From: Eledone cirrhosa
Taxonomy: Eukaryota
Assembly: GCA_964016885.1 (NCBI GenBank)
Contig: OZ024741.1
Span: forward strand, 389,608,001-389,672,000
Length of the DNA: 64,000 nt
Reading direction: 5' to 3'
The position numbers were made by a program, and so were the translations under genes. Positions 30,497-40,699 of this stretch are shown in pieces. Below the pieces are notes generated by a model. That model saw only the letters and a list, made by a program, of their open reading frames with translations. It did no database searches and was not told the origin of the DNA. The stretch's first letter is position 1, and every line of letters begins with the position of its first letter.

Positions 30497-30669
30497 CGAC
30501 TTTAAAAACATTTTAAATATCAAAATATCAAAACTTCATAAATATTTTCTCCACTCATGAGAATTTCAAAACTGCCCCATAATGTGTTGATTAGCTGCCT
30601 TGGTTTATAAACAGGGTTTGAAATTTTACCTATTTCTCAGACGTAAAATAAAGGATCATCTTATATGGG

Positions 30670-31250
30670 TGTCTTGGCATCACTCAGCAAGACCTTTGTC
30701 AGCTATCTATTTAAAGCTGTATATAGCTATGGTGTGTCTACACTTAGAATTTGCAGTCTGGAAACCCTATCTTGCTCAGAACAATGACCTCCTGGAAACT
30801 GCTCAGAGACATGCAACCAAGCAAATACCATCCATCAGGCATCTACCATACTCTGAATGCCTTGCTTCCCAGGGCATGAATACATTGAAGTTCCGACATC
30901 TGGCAACTGACTTAGTAATTACCCATAAGATTATTAACCATCTTGCCAACACTGAGCACTTTTTTGATTCCTATGTGTCTAACACACATAGGCATGCCTA
31001 CAAAGTCAGAAAACAGCACAGCTCACATGACTTTCTGAAACATTTTTCACACTCAGAGTTGCTGAAGCATAGAACAAACTACCTGCATCAGTTGTTAGCT
31101 GCAGGGACACTGCATCCTTTAAAACCTCCATGCTTCCTGAAATTCGCCAACACTACACCTGATATCCCCCCTCCATACACACACACACACATGTATTTCA
31201 TGACTCATACACTCTTCGTTTTCCTGACATTTGAACATTGATATATGTAA
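30670..31250 (+). mobile_element. 3' fragment of the same CR1/L2-type LINE
   Basis: Similar to 29030-29590 (IYLKLYIAMVC.HLEFA, IRHLPYSECLAS). Confidence 0.85.
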
Positions 31251-31269
31251 ATTGAAAATTAAATGACAA

Positions 31270-31925
31270 TATCTTCTTCTTCACCCACTTATTTCTTAGA
31301 GGGTCGTGGGGACAGAGTCCTTCTCAAACACTCCTTCCAGCGAGTCTGTCAGTAGCAAACATCTCTAACTGATCCAGCTGGATCCCAAAGCGTGACAGCC
31401 AAGCTCATGGATGTTATCCAACTATCTTGCTCAGGGTCTACCTCTGGGTCTCTTGCCAGTTGGTTTTGCCTGTAAAATGTGTCCAGCGATACGATACTTT
31501 ACTGAGACATTCTAACCACATGCTCACAATATAGGAGTTGTGATCTCTCAATTCGGAGAAGTAATGGTTCTACCAAGAGTGACTCCCTGGTCTCTGAGTT
31601 ATGCACTTTATCGAGTAATGTTACTCCAAAGACCCTTTAGAGGAACCCCATTTCTGCCACTTTTATTTGCAATTGTATTCTTTTGGTCATTACCCGAGAT
31701 TCATGATCCTCTGTAAGACTTGGCAGGAATACCAGGAAGACAGCAAGTTTGGCTTTTACACCTACCTCCCTTCTTCTGATTGCTGAATGCTGAGGCTGGC
31801 GCATTACTGCATCAGCTTTTGCAATTCTTGCACTTAATTCAGCCTCCTGCATTCCATCACTCATGAACATGGCCCCAAGATACTTGAACTTCTCTAACTG
31901 CTTCAGTAGAACTCCATTCACATGT
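31270..31925 (-). mobile_element. 3' fragment of RTE family A
   Basis: VNGVLLKQLEKFKYLG...ELSARIAKA on the minus strand; (TTC)n tail at 31273; matches 25960-26540. Confidence 0.85.
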
Positions 31926-32109
31926 ATATAAATTTGAGGGACTTCTGTCCAGCTGTCCATCACACAACGTGTATGTGTGTGTAAAAGGAAAGAAAGAGAT
32001 ACACACATATATATGTCTCTAACTTAAAAACAGTGGCACACACACACACACACACATATGTCTCTAATTTAAGAACGCCGATAAACTCACGCGCGCACAC
32101 ATACACACA

Positions 32110-32530
32110 CTGTCCTATTACCACTTTGGCCCGGGCAAACATCCCCTCAATTTTGGAACCATCTGGGTTGTCCAGAATTGATGGGAAAAGACTTGACGGT
32201 CTTACTCTGTGCTCCTGGTCAAGAGGCAGGTGCCTTACCTGGGATGTTACAGTTAGTGACTCTTTTGCTTCTTCCCACATCCTGGATACAGCTGTAAGAG
32301 CGAGAACTACAGCATCTACAGCTGAACGGAACAAAATCCTAAAATACCGTGTTCTGTCAGCTAACTACATTATCCAGCCTGTGGTGTTTGAGACGTTTCG
32401 GGGGAGTTGGGCTACTGACAACAACATTATTATCTTCACTGGCGGCTCACCAAACAGAGGTAACTGGTGATGCTCGAGGACACTTGGTTGTTCCAGCACC
32501 TCAGCCTCACCATCATCCCAGGTAACAGCT
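32110..32530 (+). mobile_element. Fragment of a restriction-like endonuclease (RLE) non-LTR element, CRE-like
   Basis: EPSGLSRIDGKRLDGLTLCSWSRGRCLTWDVTVSD...AERNKILKY...PVVFETF resembles a PD-(D/E)xK RLE C-terminus. Confidence 0.6.
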
Positions 32531-32539
32531 GGTTTATAA

Positions 32540-33430
32540 TTTGTATCTATGCGTGTGAGTGTGCATGTGTGTATATGCGTTCTGTATGTGTATATGAACG
32601 CCTCCGTATGTGTGCGTGCGTGCGTATATATGTGTGTGTATGCGTGTTTTTATATCTATGTTTTTTACATACTTATTTATACATGTGTGTGTATGTGGGT
32701 GAATGTATGTGTATATGTATGTATATATATATATGTATATGTATGGGTGCGTATGTATATATATATATATATATAGTCGCGTACGTACGTGTGATTAGAT
32801 ATACATGTGGCGATATCTATATATATATGTGCTTCATGTGTATGTATGTACGCATGCATGCGCTTTTGTCTGTACGTATTTATATATATATGTATATTTT
32901 TATATATATATATATATATGTGTACGTGCGTACCTATGTTTGTTTTCTTTTTTTCTAATGTTAATTTATAATTGATAACCCCTCCCTCTTACTTTCTCTT
33001 TGATTTAAAAATTTTTTTCATTCTCATATATTGTTTCATTTTTATACATATATCGAGATTGACACTTCTTTTTACTATTACACTCCCTTCCCTCTTTATC
33101 TTCCGCATATAAGTCACCGCGCGTGTTGTGTGTGTTTATACGCGTGCTTTCATACTCGTATGTGTATTTAATACCTGTATCTGGATGCGTGTCAACTATA
33201 TGTTCATACAATTTCTTTTTCAACTCATATTATATTCGTATTTGTGGTCACATATACACAAATATACTTGCCCTCATATATGTACTTACGCACACATTTT
33301 CACTATACACATGCATTTGTACATACACACATATGTACATTTGTGAGTGAATATACATACATATACACATACCCTAACTATATTTCCTTATTTTTTTATA
33401 TATCTCTTGCATTACTTTTATTTATATATT
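32540..33430. repeat. (TG)/(TA)-rich low-complexity tract
   Basis: Degenerate TGTA/TATA/CATA microsatellite; the ORFs here are compositional artefacts. Confidence 0.85.
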
Positions 33431-33492
33431 TTTTTGCCCGTTAAACTCTTGCCTTTCTTGAGAAGATTTTTCAAATATTTCACTATGTTTTA

Positions 33493-33570
33493 AATTGCCT
33501 TGTCCGATGAACGAATGAGGACGTTTTTCGTATTCATCTTATTCGGGAAACCTCTGGTAATGAGGTAATT
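33493..33570 (+). ncRNA. Degenerate type I hammerhead ribozyme
   Basis: CCGATGA (U4 to C), long stem II CGAATGAGG/TCTTATTCG, GAAA, stem III CCTC/GAGG, and distal stem I AATTGCCT/AGGTAATT overlapping stem III. The cleavage-site segment appears deleted. Confidence 0.55.
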
Positions 33571-33615
33571 ATATTGTATTGTTTATTATACATTATATAT
33601 ATATCTATATATATT

Positions 33616-33993
33616 TAGTGGTTAGAGCATTGGCCTTGCAATTGAAAGGTTGTGAGTTCAATTATCAGGCCGGGTGATGTGTTGTTTCCTTGAGCAAGAC
33701 ACTTTATTTCACATTGCTCCAGTTTACTCAGCTGTAGAAATGAGATGATAGGACTGGAGTCCCTATCATTCCACTGCAAAGTGGTCGTAGAGGTGCCACG
33801 GCAAAAAAGCACCCATCACTCACTGTAAAGTGGACGTGTAGGTGCCACGGCAAAAAAGCACCCAGCACTCACTGTAAATGAGGTTGGTGTTAGGAAGGGC
33901 ATCTAGCTGTAGAAATCAAGCCAGAATCAGTTCCCGTCCCACCCTTGCAAGCAGGGAAAAAGCGGACGTAAAATCATGATGATCATGATGATA
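33616..33993 (+). mobile_element. tRNA-derived CORE-like SINE with RTE-type 3' tail
   Basis: A box TAGTGGTTAG, B box GAGTTCAATT, CCTTGAGCAAGACACTTTA core and a 49-bp internal tandem duplication. Tail CCCTTGCAAGCAGGGAAAAAGCGGACGTAAAA(TGA)n. Confidence 0.75.
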
Positions 33994-34315
33994 TATATAT
34001 ATATATCTGTCACATAATCAGTCTATCTATCTGTATCTCACTCATCACACACTTTCTCTTTCTGTATATATATATATATGGTAGTTGTGGTGGTGGCGGC
34101 AATATTTAAAAGAAATCAGTTTTAAATAAACGATAAAATTATTTATATTTAATAAGAGTTATGAAATTTAGTACATAAATTATGTAATATTCATTCATTA
34201 TTTATTCAAGTACCAGTAATGTACTGAGTAATTGCTGGCCTTGTGCAAAAAGTAGAAACAATTATTTATTCAAAGTAATCAAACTTATTTTACTAACTGG
34301 ATTAAAAGAAATAAA

Positions 34316-36691
34316 TTGGATGCTGTCCCGCAATCCTCCCTTTATTATATTATAGATACTATTAGCGACCTCATAGTCAGGACGAGACGTACTCGACAGC
34401 AGAAGAGGACTATCCTCAGGAGAAAAATATGGAAGCTAAAGGACCCCACAGCCAAAAATAAATTTCAAAACATATTACTTGATGCTTTCGACAGTAAGGA
34501 AGAACATTTAGAGTCGGACAATATAGAGGGACAGTGGGAATTTCTGAAAGCAAACCTGCTGTTGGCGACAGACGAAGTCTGTGGCTGGAGCAGGCCTGTA
34601 GGCAGGAGGAGAGTAACATGGTGGTGGAACAGTAAGGTGGAGGGGTCAATTAAGGCCAAAAAGCAGGCTTGGAAAGTATGGCGGGATGGGGGAAGTAGAG
34701 TAGACTATCAAGTGGCCAGGAGGGAAGCTAGGAGAGAAGTGTACTTAGCAAGAAGGGAAGCTGAGGAAAGAAAGTTCAAGCATGTCCTACAACGCGATGA
34801 CCAAAAACGTGAGGTGTTCAGGATTGCTAGGCAATGCGTCAAGGAAAACCGTGATATTGTCGGGGAGAAGTGTGTACTTAACGATGATGGCATACTTGCC
34901 ATCACCGACACTGATAAGAAGGTAGCTTGGAAGTGTCACTATGAAAGGCTACTAAATGAGGAGAATAAATGGGAGAAAGACAGTCTCCCCCATATCGACC
35001 CAATAGAGGGACCAGCAGTGTTAGTCGAGGGGAGTATAATAAGTAAGGCAATCAAGGATATGAAGACAGGTAAGGCGGCTGGGCCTTCGGAAATAGTTGC
35101 TGAGATGCTGAAGGCATCTGGCACGGTGGGACACACCATGGTCACCCGCATAGTTAACCAAGTCGTACAGAATGGGGTTGTTCCGAAGGACTGGCATAGC
35201 AGCATCATCGTTAACTGTTATAAGGGTAAAGGAGACGCCCTAGATAGGAGTAACTATAGAGGCATTAAATTAATCGACCAGGTCATGAAGGTCACGGAAA
35301 AAGTAATAGCGCAACTAATCAGAGAGAGAATTGACCTAGATGAAATGCAGTTCGGGTTTGTGTCAGGCAAAAGTACCACAGACGCTCTTTTCATAGTACG
35401 ACAACTACAGGAGAAGTTCCTAGCTAAAGGTAAACCCCTCTACTTAGCTTTTGTCGACCTGGAGAAAGCCTTCGACAGAGTCCCCCGCTCCATTATCTGG
35501 TGGGCTCTTAGAAAACTAGGCGTTGACGAATGGCTTGTGAGGGCCATACAAGCCATGTATAAAGAAACAGTCAGCAAGGTTAGAATTAACAACGAATATA
35601 GTGAAGAGTTTAGCGTAAAAGTTGGCGTCCATCAGGGCTCTGTTCTCAGCCCCCTACTATTTATTATTGCCCTTCAGGCTATAACAGAGGAGTTCAAGAC
35701 AGGCTGCCCATGGGAACTCCTATACGCAGACGACCTGACACTCATAGCGGAATCAATGGCCGAGCTAGAGAAGAAATTCCAAACATGGAAGCACGGCCTA
35801 GAGTCAAAAGGACTTAAAATTAACCTGGCTAAGACCAAAGTTCTAGTTTGTAGGAAAGAAAACAAGGCGGCGGTCCCTTCTGGGAAATGGTCGTGCTCGG
35901 TGTGTAGGAAAGGCGTAGGTAGAAACTCCATTTTATGTCCTAAATGCAAAGTATGGGTGCATAAAAGATGTAGTGGGATCACAGGTAAGCTAACTAAGAA
36001 CATAGATTTTACATGTGGCCGGTGTTCTGGTGCAATAAGTAGCAGCAAGTGCCCACAAAATACTAGCTCTTTCAATTGCGCAGAGGGTTCTATAGAAATA
36101 GTGGACAGCTTCCGTTACCTGGGCGATAAAATCAGCAGTGGGGGAGGGTGCTCTGAAAGTACTGTAGCTAGAGTCAGAACTGGTTGGAAAAAGTTCAGAG
36201 AACTTATACCACTATTAGCTGCTAAAGGGTTCTCCCTAAAAATGAAAGGCAGGTTGTACGATGCCTGCATACGAACAGCAATGTTGCATGGCAGTGAGAC
36301 CTGGGCACTGTGTGCAGAGGATATACGCAGACTAGAGAGGAACGAAGCTTGCATGCTCCGCTGGATGTGTAACAGTAATATACGTGAATGGCAAAGCATA
36401 AACGAACTAAGGAAAAAATTAGAGATAAGAGGGATCAGATGTTGTTTACTCGAGAGAAGGCTACGTTGGTATGGACACGTGATGCGCATGAAAGACGATA
36501 GCTGTATAACAAAGTGCAGGGCAATAAAGATAGACGGTAGCCACGGAATAGGCAGACCTAGAAAAACCTGGGACGAGCTGATAAACTCCGACCTCACACA
36601 CTTACACCTCTCCAAGACAATGTCACTGGACCGAGGCCTTTGGCGGTACTCAGTAACAGAGAAGACCCGCCTTGCCAGTAGGCATCTCTAA
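34316..36691 (+). CDS. RTE reverse transcriptase ORF (no endonuclease, 5'-truncated) with inserted C4HC3 PHD-type finger
   Basis: NYRGIKL, FVDLEKAFDRV, GVHQGSVLSPLLF, LLYADD, then CSVC...CPKCKVWVHKRC...CGRC, then FRYLG and RRLRWYGHV. The called N-terminus lies in flanking DNA. Confidence 0.9.
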   Translation: MDAVPQSSLYYIIDTISDLIVRTRRTRQQKRTILRRKIWKLKDPTAKNKFQNILLDAFDSKEEHLESDNIEGQWEFLKANLLLATDEVCGWSRPVGRRRVTWWWNSKVEGSIKAKKQAWKVWRDGGSRVDYQVARREARREVYLARREAEERKFKHVLQRDDQKREVFRIARQCVKENRDIVGEKCVLNDDGILAITDTDKKVAWKCHYERLLNEENKWEKDSLPHIDPIEGPAVLVEGSIISKAIKDMKTGKAAGPSEIVAEMLKASGTVGHTMVTRIVNQVVQNGVVPKDWHSSIIVNCYKGKGDALDRSNYRGIKLIDQVMKVTEKVIAQLIRERIDLDEMQFGFVSGKSTTDALFIVRQLQEKFLAKGKPLYLAFVDLEKAFDRVPRSIIWWALRKLGVDEWLVRAIQAMYKETVSKVRINNEYSEEFSVKVGVHQGSVLSPLLFIIALQAITEEFKTGCPWELLYADDLTLIAESMAELEKKFQTWKHGLESKGLKINLAKTKVLVCRKENKAAVPSGKWSCSVCRKGVGRNSILCPKCKVWVHKRCSGITGKLTKNIDFTCGRCSGAISSSKCPQNTSSFNCAEGSIEIVDSFRYLGDKISSGGGCSESTVARVRTGWKKFRELIPLLAAKGFSLKMKGRLYDACIRTAMLHGSETWALCAEDIRRLERNEACMLRWMCNSNIREWQSINELRKKLEIRGIRCCLLERRLRWYGHVMRMKDDSCITKCRAIKIDGSHGIGRPRKTWDELINSDLTHLHLSKTMSLDRGLWRYSVTEKTRLASRHL

Positions 36692-37046
36692 CAAAATACA
36701 CCCCGTCCCGCCACCACCCCCACCCATCCACACCACCCCGTCCTATGTAAAGTTATGTTGGTGCCGCGCCATCCAGGCCGAAACAAATGAGATCGTGTAG
36801 ATGTCACGACAAAAAAACACACAGTCCACGCTGTAATGTGGCCGTGTAGGCAACACGGTAAAAACCTCCCAGACCCACACTGTAAATGTGGTTGGTGTTA
36901 GGAAGGGCATCCAACTGTAGAAAACCTGCCAGACAGTCCTATGCGAGCAAGACAATCACTCTTGCCTCAAGTGGGACTACCCCCGTCCAAACCCATGCAA
37001 GCGTGGAACACGGACGTTAAACGTTGATGATGATGATGATGATGAT
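34365..37046 (+). mobile_element. 5'-truncated RTE-clade LINE (family B, (GAT)n tail)
   Basis: Open ORF to 36691, then a 3' UTR ending GGACGTTAAACGT(TGA)n at about 37046. Confidence 0.92.
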
Positions 37047-37184
37047 ACTGTAAATTTTCATTGTGATCTGCTTACTAGTAAAGATACTATAAACACTTGA
37101 ATTAGCAAACTTGTTTCTAAATATTTTCGGCTAAATCATTACAGTATGTTAAAAGTTATTCAATAACTGTAGATGTATACTCAC

Positions 37185-37279
37185 TCAAGAGATGTTATAC
37201 GGTTAGATAAAGCTGCTAAAATGGCAAACAGCTTGAAGTCTGCTCCGTCCTCAATATTGTAGCCTGTCATTTCAATTAT
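37185..37279 (-). CDS. Host gene coding exon E (95 nt, phase 0 to 2): IIEMTGYNIEDGADFKLFAILAALSNRITSL
   Basis: Acceptor gtattttgtag|ATA and donor CTTGA|gtgagt; phases fit both neighbouring exons. Confidence 0.88.
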
Positions 37280-37364
37280 CTACAAAATACATGCAATAAA
37301 CATAAATAACAATTACTTAATTACTTTCTTAAGTTAACAAGGAGTAAACATTTAATTTCACCGG

Positions 37365-38085
37365 TGAAAGGGGTTTCTATCGTGACCTGGTCCATCAACT
37401 TGATACCTCTATAGTTTTCTCTATCTAGTGCACACCCTTTACCCTTGTAGCAGTTGACAATGGTGCTGTTGTGCCAATCATTCAGTAGGACACCATTTAT
37501 TATTACTGGGTGGATTGGCAGTATCGGTAGAGGGTCGGACGCCATGCTTTGATGTATAGAGTTACGGCCCTTGCCATTCTGAGTTCAAATCCCGCCGAGG
37601 TTAACTTTGCTTTTCATCCTTACGGGGTCGATAAAATAAATTACCGGTAATGCACTGGGTAATTGCTGGCCTTGTGCCAAATGTAGAAACAATTATTACT
37701 GGGTTTACAATACAAAAGGTCAATGTGTGACCCACCGACTCAAATACTTCCAGCATCTCAGCAACTATACCCGATGGACCACTTTCCCCATCTTCATATC
37801 CTTAATTGCCTTACTTATTACACTGTTGCTGACTTGTACAGCTGTGCCCTCTGTGGGGTCCACTTGGGGTAGGCTCATGCATTCTCCTCATCAGTAATCT
37901 TTCATCATGGCTCTTCCAGGCTACTTTCTTTTTGGCATCTGTGAGGGAACGGACAGCATTCTCTCCTGTGGCATCAACATTTTCCCTAACACACTGCTTC
38001 ACAATCCTGAACAACTCATGCTTCTGGACTTTATACTGCAAAACATGCTTGAGTGTTTTATCTTCTGCTTCCCTCCTTGCAAAGT
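37365..38085 (-). mobile_element. Internal fragment of RTE family B, interrupted by a SINE
   Basis: STIVNCYKGKG.ALDRENYRGIKLMDQV and KKKVAWKSHDERLL on the minus strand, homologous to 34750-35290. Confidence 0.85.
37512..37692 (+). mobile_element. Nin/Deu-like tRNA SINE with 12-bp TSD
   Basis: Same family as 29680; TSD TTATTACTGGGT at 37500-37511 and 37693-37704. Confidence 0.9.
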
Positions 38086-38289
38086 ATGAACTGGCAGCTT
38101 ATGTACTTGTTTCATGCGCTAATACTTTAGTTTTAATGATGATGTGTGTGTGTTTAGGTATGTAACTATCCGTTCTGATACTTAAATAAGAGCTCAGTGT
38201 GTATGTCCTCTATCTATTAGTGCATATGTCCTCTATCTACCTAGGGATGCATTTGCAGAAGTACTAGGGTGGCCTAGGGTGCCTGTTTC

Positions 38290-39090
38290 ATAGTGTGTAT
38301 GCACAATGAATTTTAGGAACCATATTCAACCCACCTGGATCATGAGAAGGTCCGAAATTGAGATATGTGTTATAGATCCGGTGTTTGCCCAAGGTAACAA
38401 GTACATCTTTTTTATTTAATAATTGTTCCTTGGTAAACAGCATTTGGATTGTTTCCTTGGAGCACAAATTGCACATACGGCATGCTCTTGTGCAAGATTT
38501 GGTGTTGGACAAGAAGCTTCATTTTAGTTCATAGGTGATATTTTTGTCATTGAGGTCCCAAATATTGCTAGATAGTGTTGTTGTATTCTGCCGAGCCAGG
38601 TTTCTAAATGAATGTTTCTGTTGATAATACCGTGTCTTGAACTCGCAGGCAATTAATTCACTCTAGGTTTTGTTGGAATGTTCCATCGTCACGTTGCACT
38701 TGTAAACAATATTATGTTGCCGGCATCTATTGTTAAGGGGGCAAAGTGATCTATACAAACAATTACATTGCCTGAATACAAACAATTACATTAGCTCCTC
38801 ACTAATTTCAGAATTATGTCTGTTAGAATAGATTTTGGCAGTGTTAGAGGAAGCAATATTTTGTGTGAAGTTGTGTGTGGTGCTGTAAGAAAGTTTAATA
38901 GTGTTTCTGTTGAAGATATGGTAGCAATGTTGTGGTAGGAAGTGTTTGTTTAGAAGTCCGAGGAAGATCTTCCCAATTGGTGTGATGATTTCAGCATTGT
39001 GAGGAGGATTAAACCACATTATGTGGCATGAGCGGCAGCTCCACCTGCTGGTTCTGCTAATGGTGCTTGGTTAAGAGGTAAATTCCTCCT
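38290..39090 (-). mobile_element. Degenerate Penelope-like element fragment (linker + GIY-YIG region)
   Basis: WFNPP...IGKIFLGLLNKHF...IFNRNTIKLSYS, CPLNNRC, IVYKC and CNLCSKE on the minus strand. Confidence 0.8.
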
Positions 39091-39189
39091 TGAATCTGCT
39101 TGGGGCGGGGGGGGGGGGGGGTCATGTGTTCCTTGAATATCTGCTCATTTGCAGACAAGCATGGTATAGGGAGGGAGATTTTTTTTTAC

Positions 39190-39765
39190 CAGTGGTGCTA
39201 AATGGTCATAAATCAAAACCATTCAATGTGTTCATGAGTGATGGAAGGCAGGAGGCTGAATTAAGTGCAAGAATTGCAGGAGTTGGTGCAGTAATGCGCC
39301 AGCTTCAGCATTCGGTAATCAGAAGAAGAGAGGTAGGTGTAAAAGCCAAATTAGTTATCTTCAATTCATGCCAACCTTTACCTTTGGTCATGAATCTTGG
39401 GTAATGACCAAAAGAATATGATCATAAATACAAGCAGCTCAAATGGGGCTAGAGTGTATAGCTCGGAGATTGGAGATCACTTCAGGTAGAGCTGCTACTT
39501 CTCCGAATTAAGAGATCACAACTGCGATACTATGGACATGTGGTTAGAATGCCTCAGGAAAAAATTGCTGTACAGATTTTATGGACAAAAGCAACCGGCA
39601 GGAGATCCAGGGGCAAATGGTTGGATAACTCGTCTGGTCTCGCTTGGGGATCCAGCCGGATCAGTTGAAGATAGTTGCTTCTGACAGGACCCACTGGAAG
39701 GAGTATTTGAGGATTCTACACCCACGAGCCTCTCAAGAATAAGTGGGCAAAGAAGAAGAAGAAGG
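39190..39765 (+). mobile_element. 3' fragment of RTE family A
   Basis: FMSDGRQEAELSARIAG...RRREVGVKAK; (GAA)n tail at 39750-39765. Confidence 0.85.
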
Positions 39766-40699
39766 AAATGATATATATGTGTGTGTGTCTATGTGTATAT
39801 ATGTGTGTGCATGTATGCATGTATATAATTCTATATGTGTGTGTGCATGAGTGTATCCATGGGTAAGTCCATATAAATAAATGCCCATACATATGTATCT
39901 ATATGTGTGTATGAACGAATATAGACATCTGTGTCTATGGGTTAACTACTCATACATGCTTGGTTATACCTGCCTGGGTGCCTGATTGTATCTATTATTA
40001 CATCATGTGATATGAATCTATAACAGGTTATATTCATACAGCTAGCTGTATGTAGGATTGTCTTTACATTCCCATGAAAACTTTTTGTCTGTGGATATGC
40101 GTGGCTATATAATTCTCTGCATGTGTGTGAGCTGTTTTTTTACATGCGTGAATTCATTGTAATATGCGTATCTCACAGAAATAGTATATATATATGTTGT
40201 TTTAGGAAACTACACTTCTTGCCCCAACCCTAAAACACCAACACTGGTAAAAGCCAGCTGAGGAATTTTGATAAAATAGATCTTAATTATCTCCACAAAG
40301 CCCTCCCACCTCCCCAAATACTAATAGAGTTGTTCTCCAACTACTTACTCATGCCAGTTAATTCTGACAACACAGAGCATTATCTTATTTATGACCCTGC
40401 AAACCTTTGCACATGATCAATATGCATCAACTGGTGCCTACACATTATTCCATCAACTCTTCATAACTCTTAAAGGGAACTCTATATCTACTATAGTTAA
40501 GATGTCTATATGCTATCATTTTATTATTATTATTACTGTTGTTATTATTATTATTAGAAAAACTGACTTGCTTGGCACAGGTGGGTCATCATACTCATAC
40601 AACATCCCCTGAAGAGGTGTCAGCTTTGTAAAATCAGCGAAAATTACAATAATTACAGCAACAACAATAATTGCAACATCAATAACAACAAAAACGAAC

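Noticed and set aside
32467-33444. Cys/Tyr/Ile-rich ORFs here and at 49393-49622, 52009-52338 and 54577-54882
   Set aside because: They are translations of (TA)/(TG)/(CA) microsatellites.
34416-36615. Antisense ORFs over the RTE, and likewise over Dong (60673-63327)
   Set aside because: They are shadow frames of intact retroelement ORFs with no independent motifs.
40603-40660. Possible hammerhead: CTGAAGA...GAAA-ATTA-CAA-TAAT-TA
   Set aside because: The core and stem III fit, but stem II is poor and stem I does not pair. At best a relic, and not supportable.
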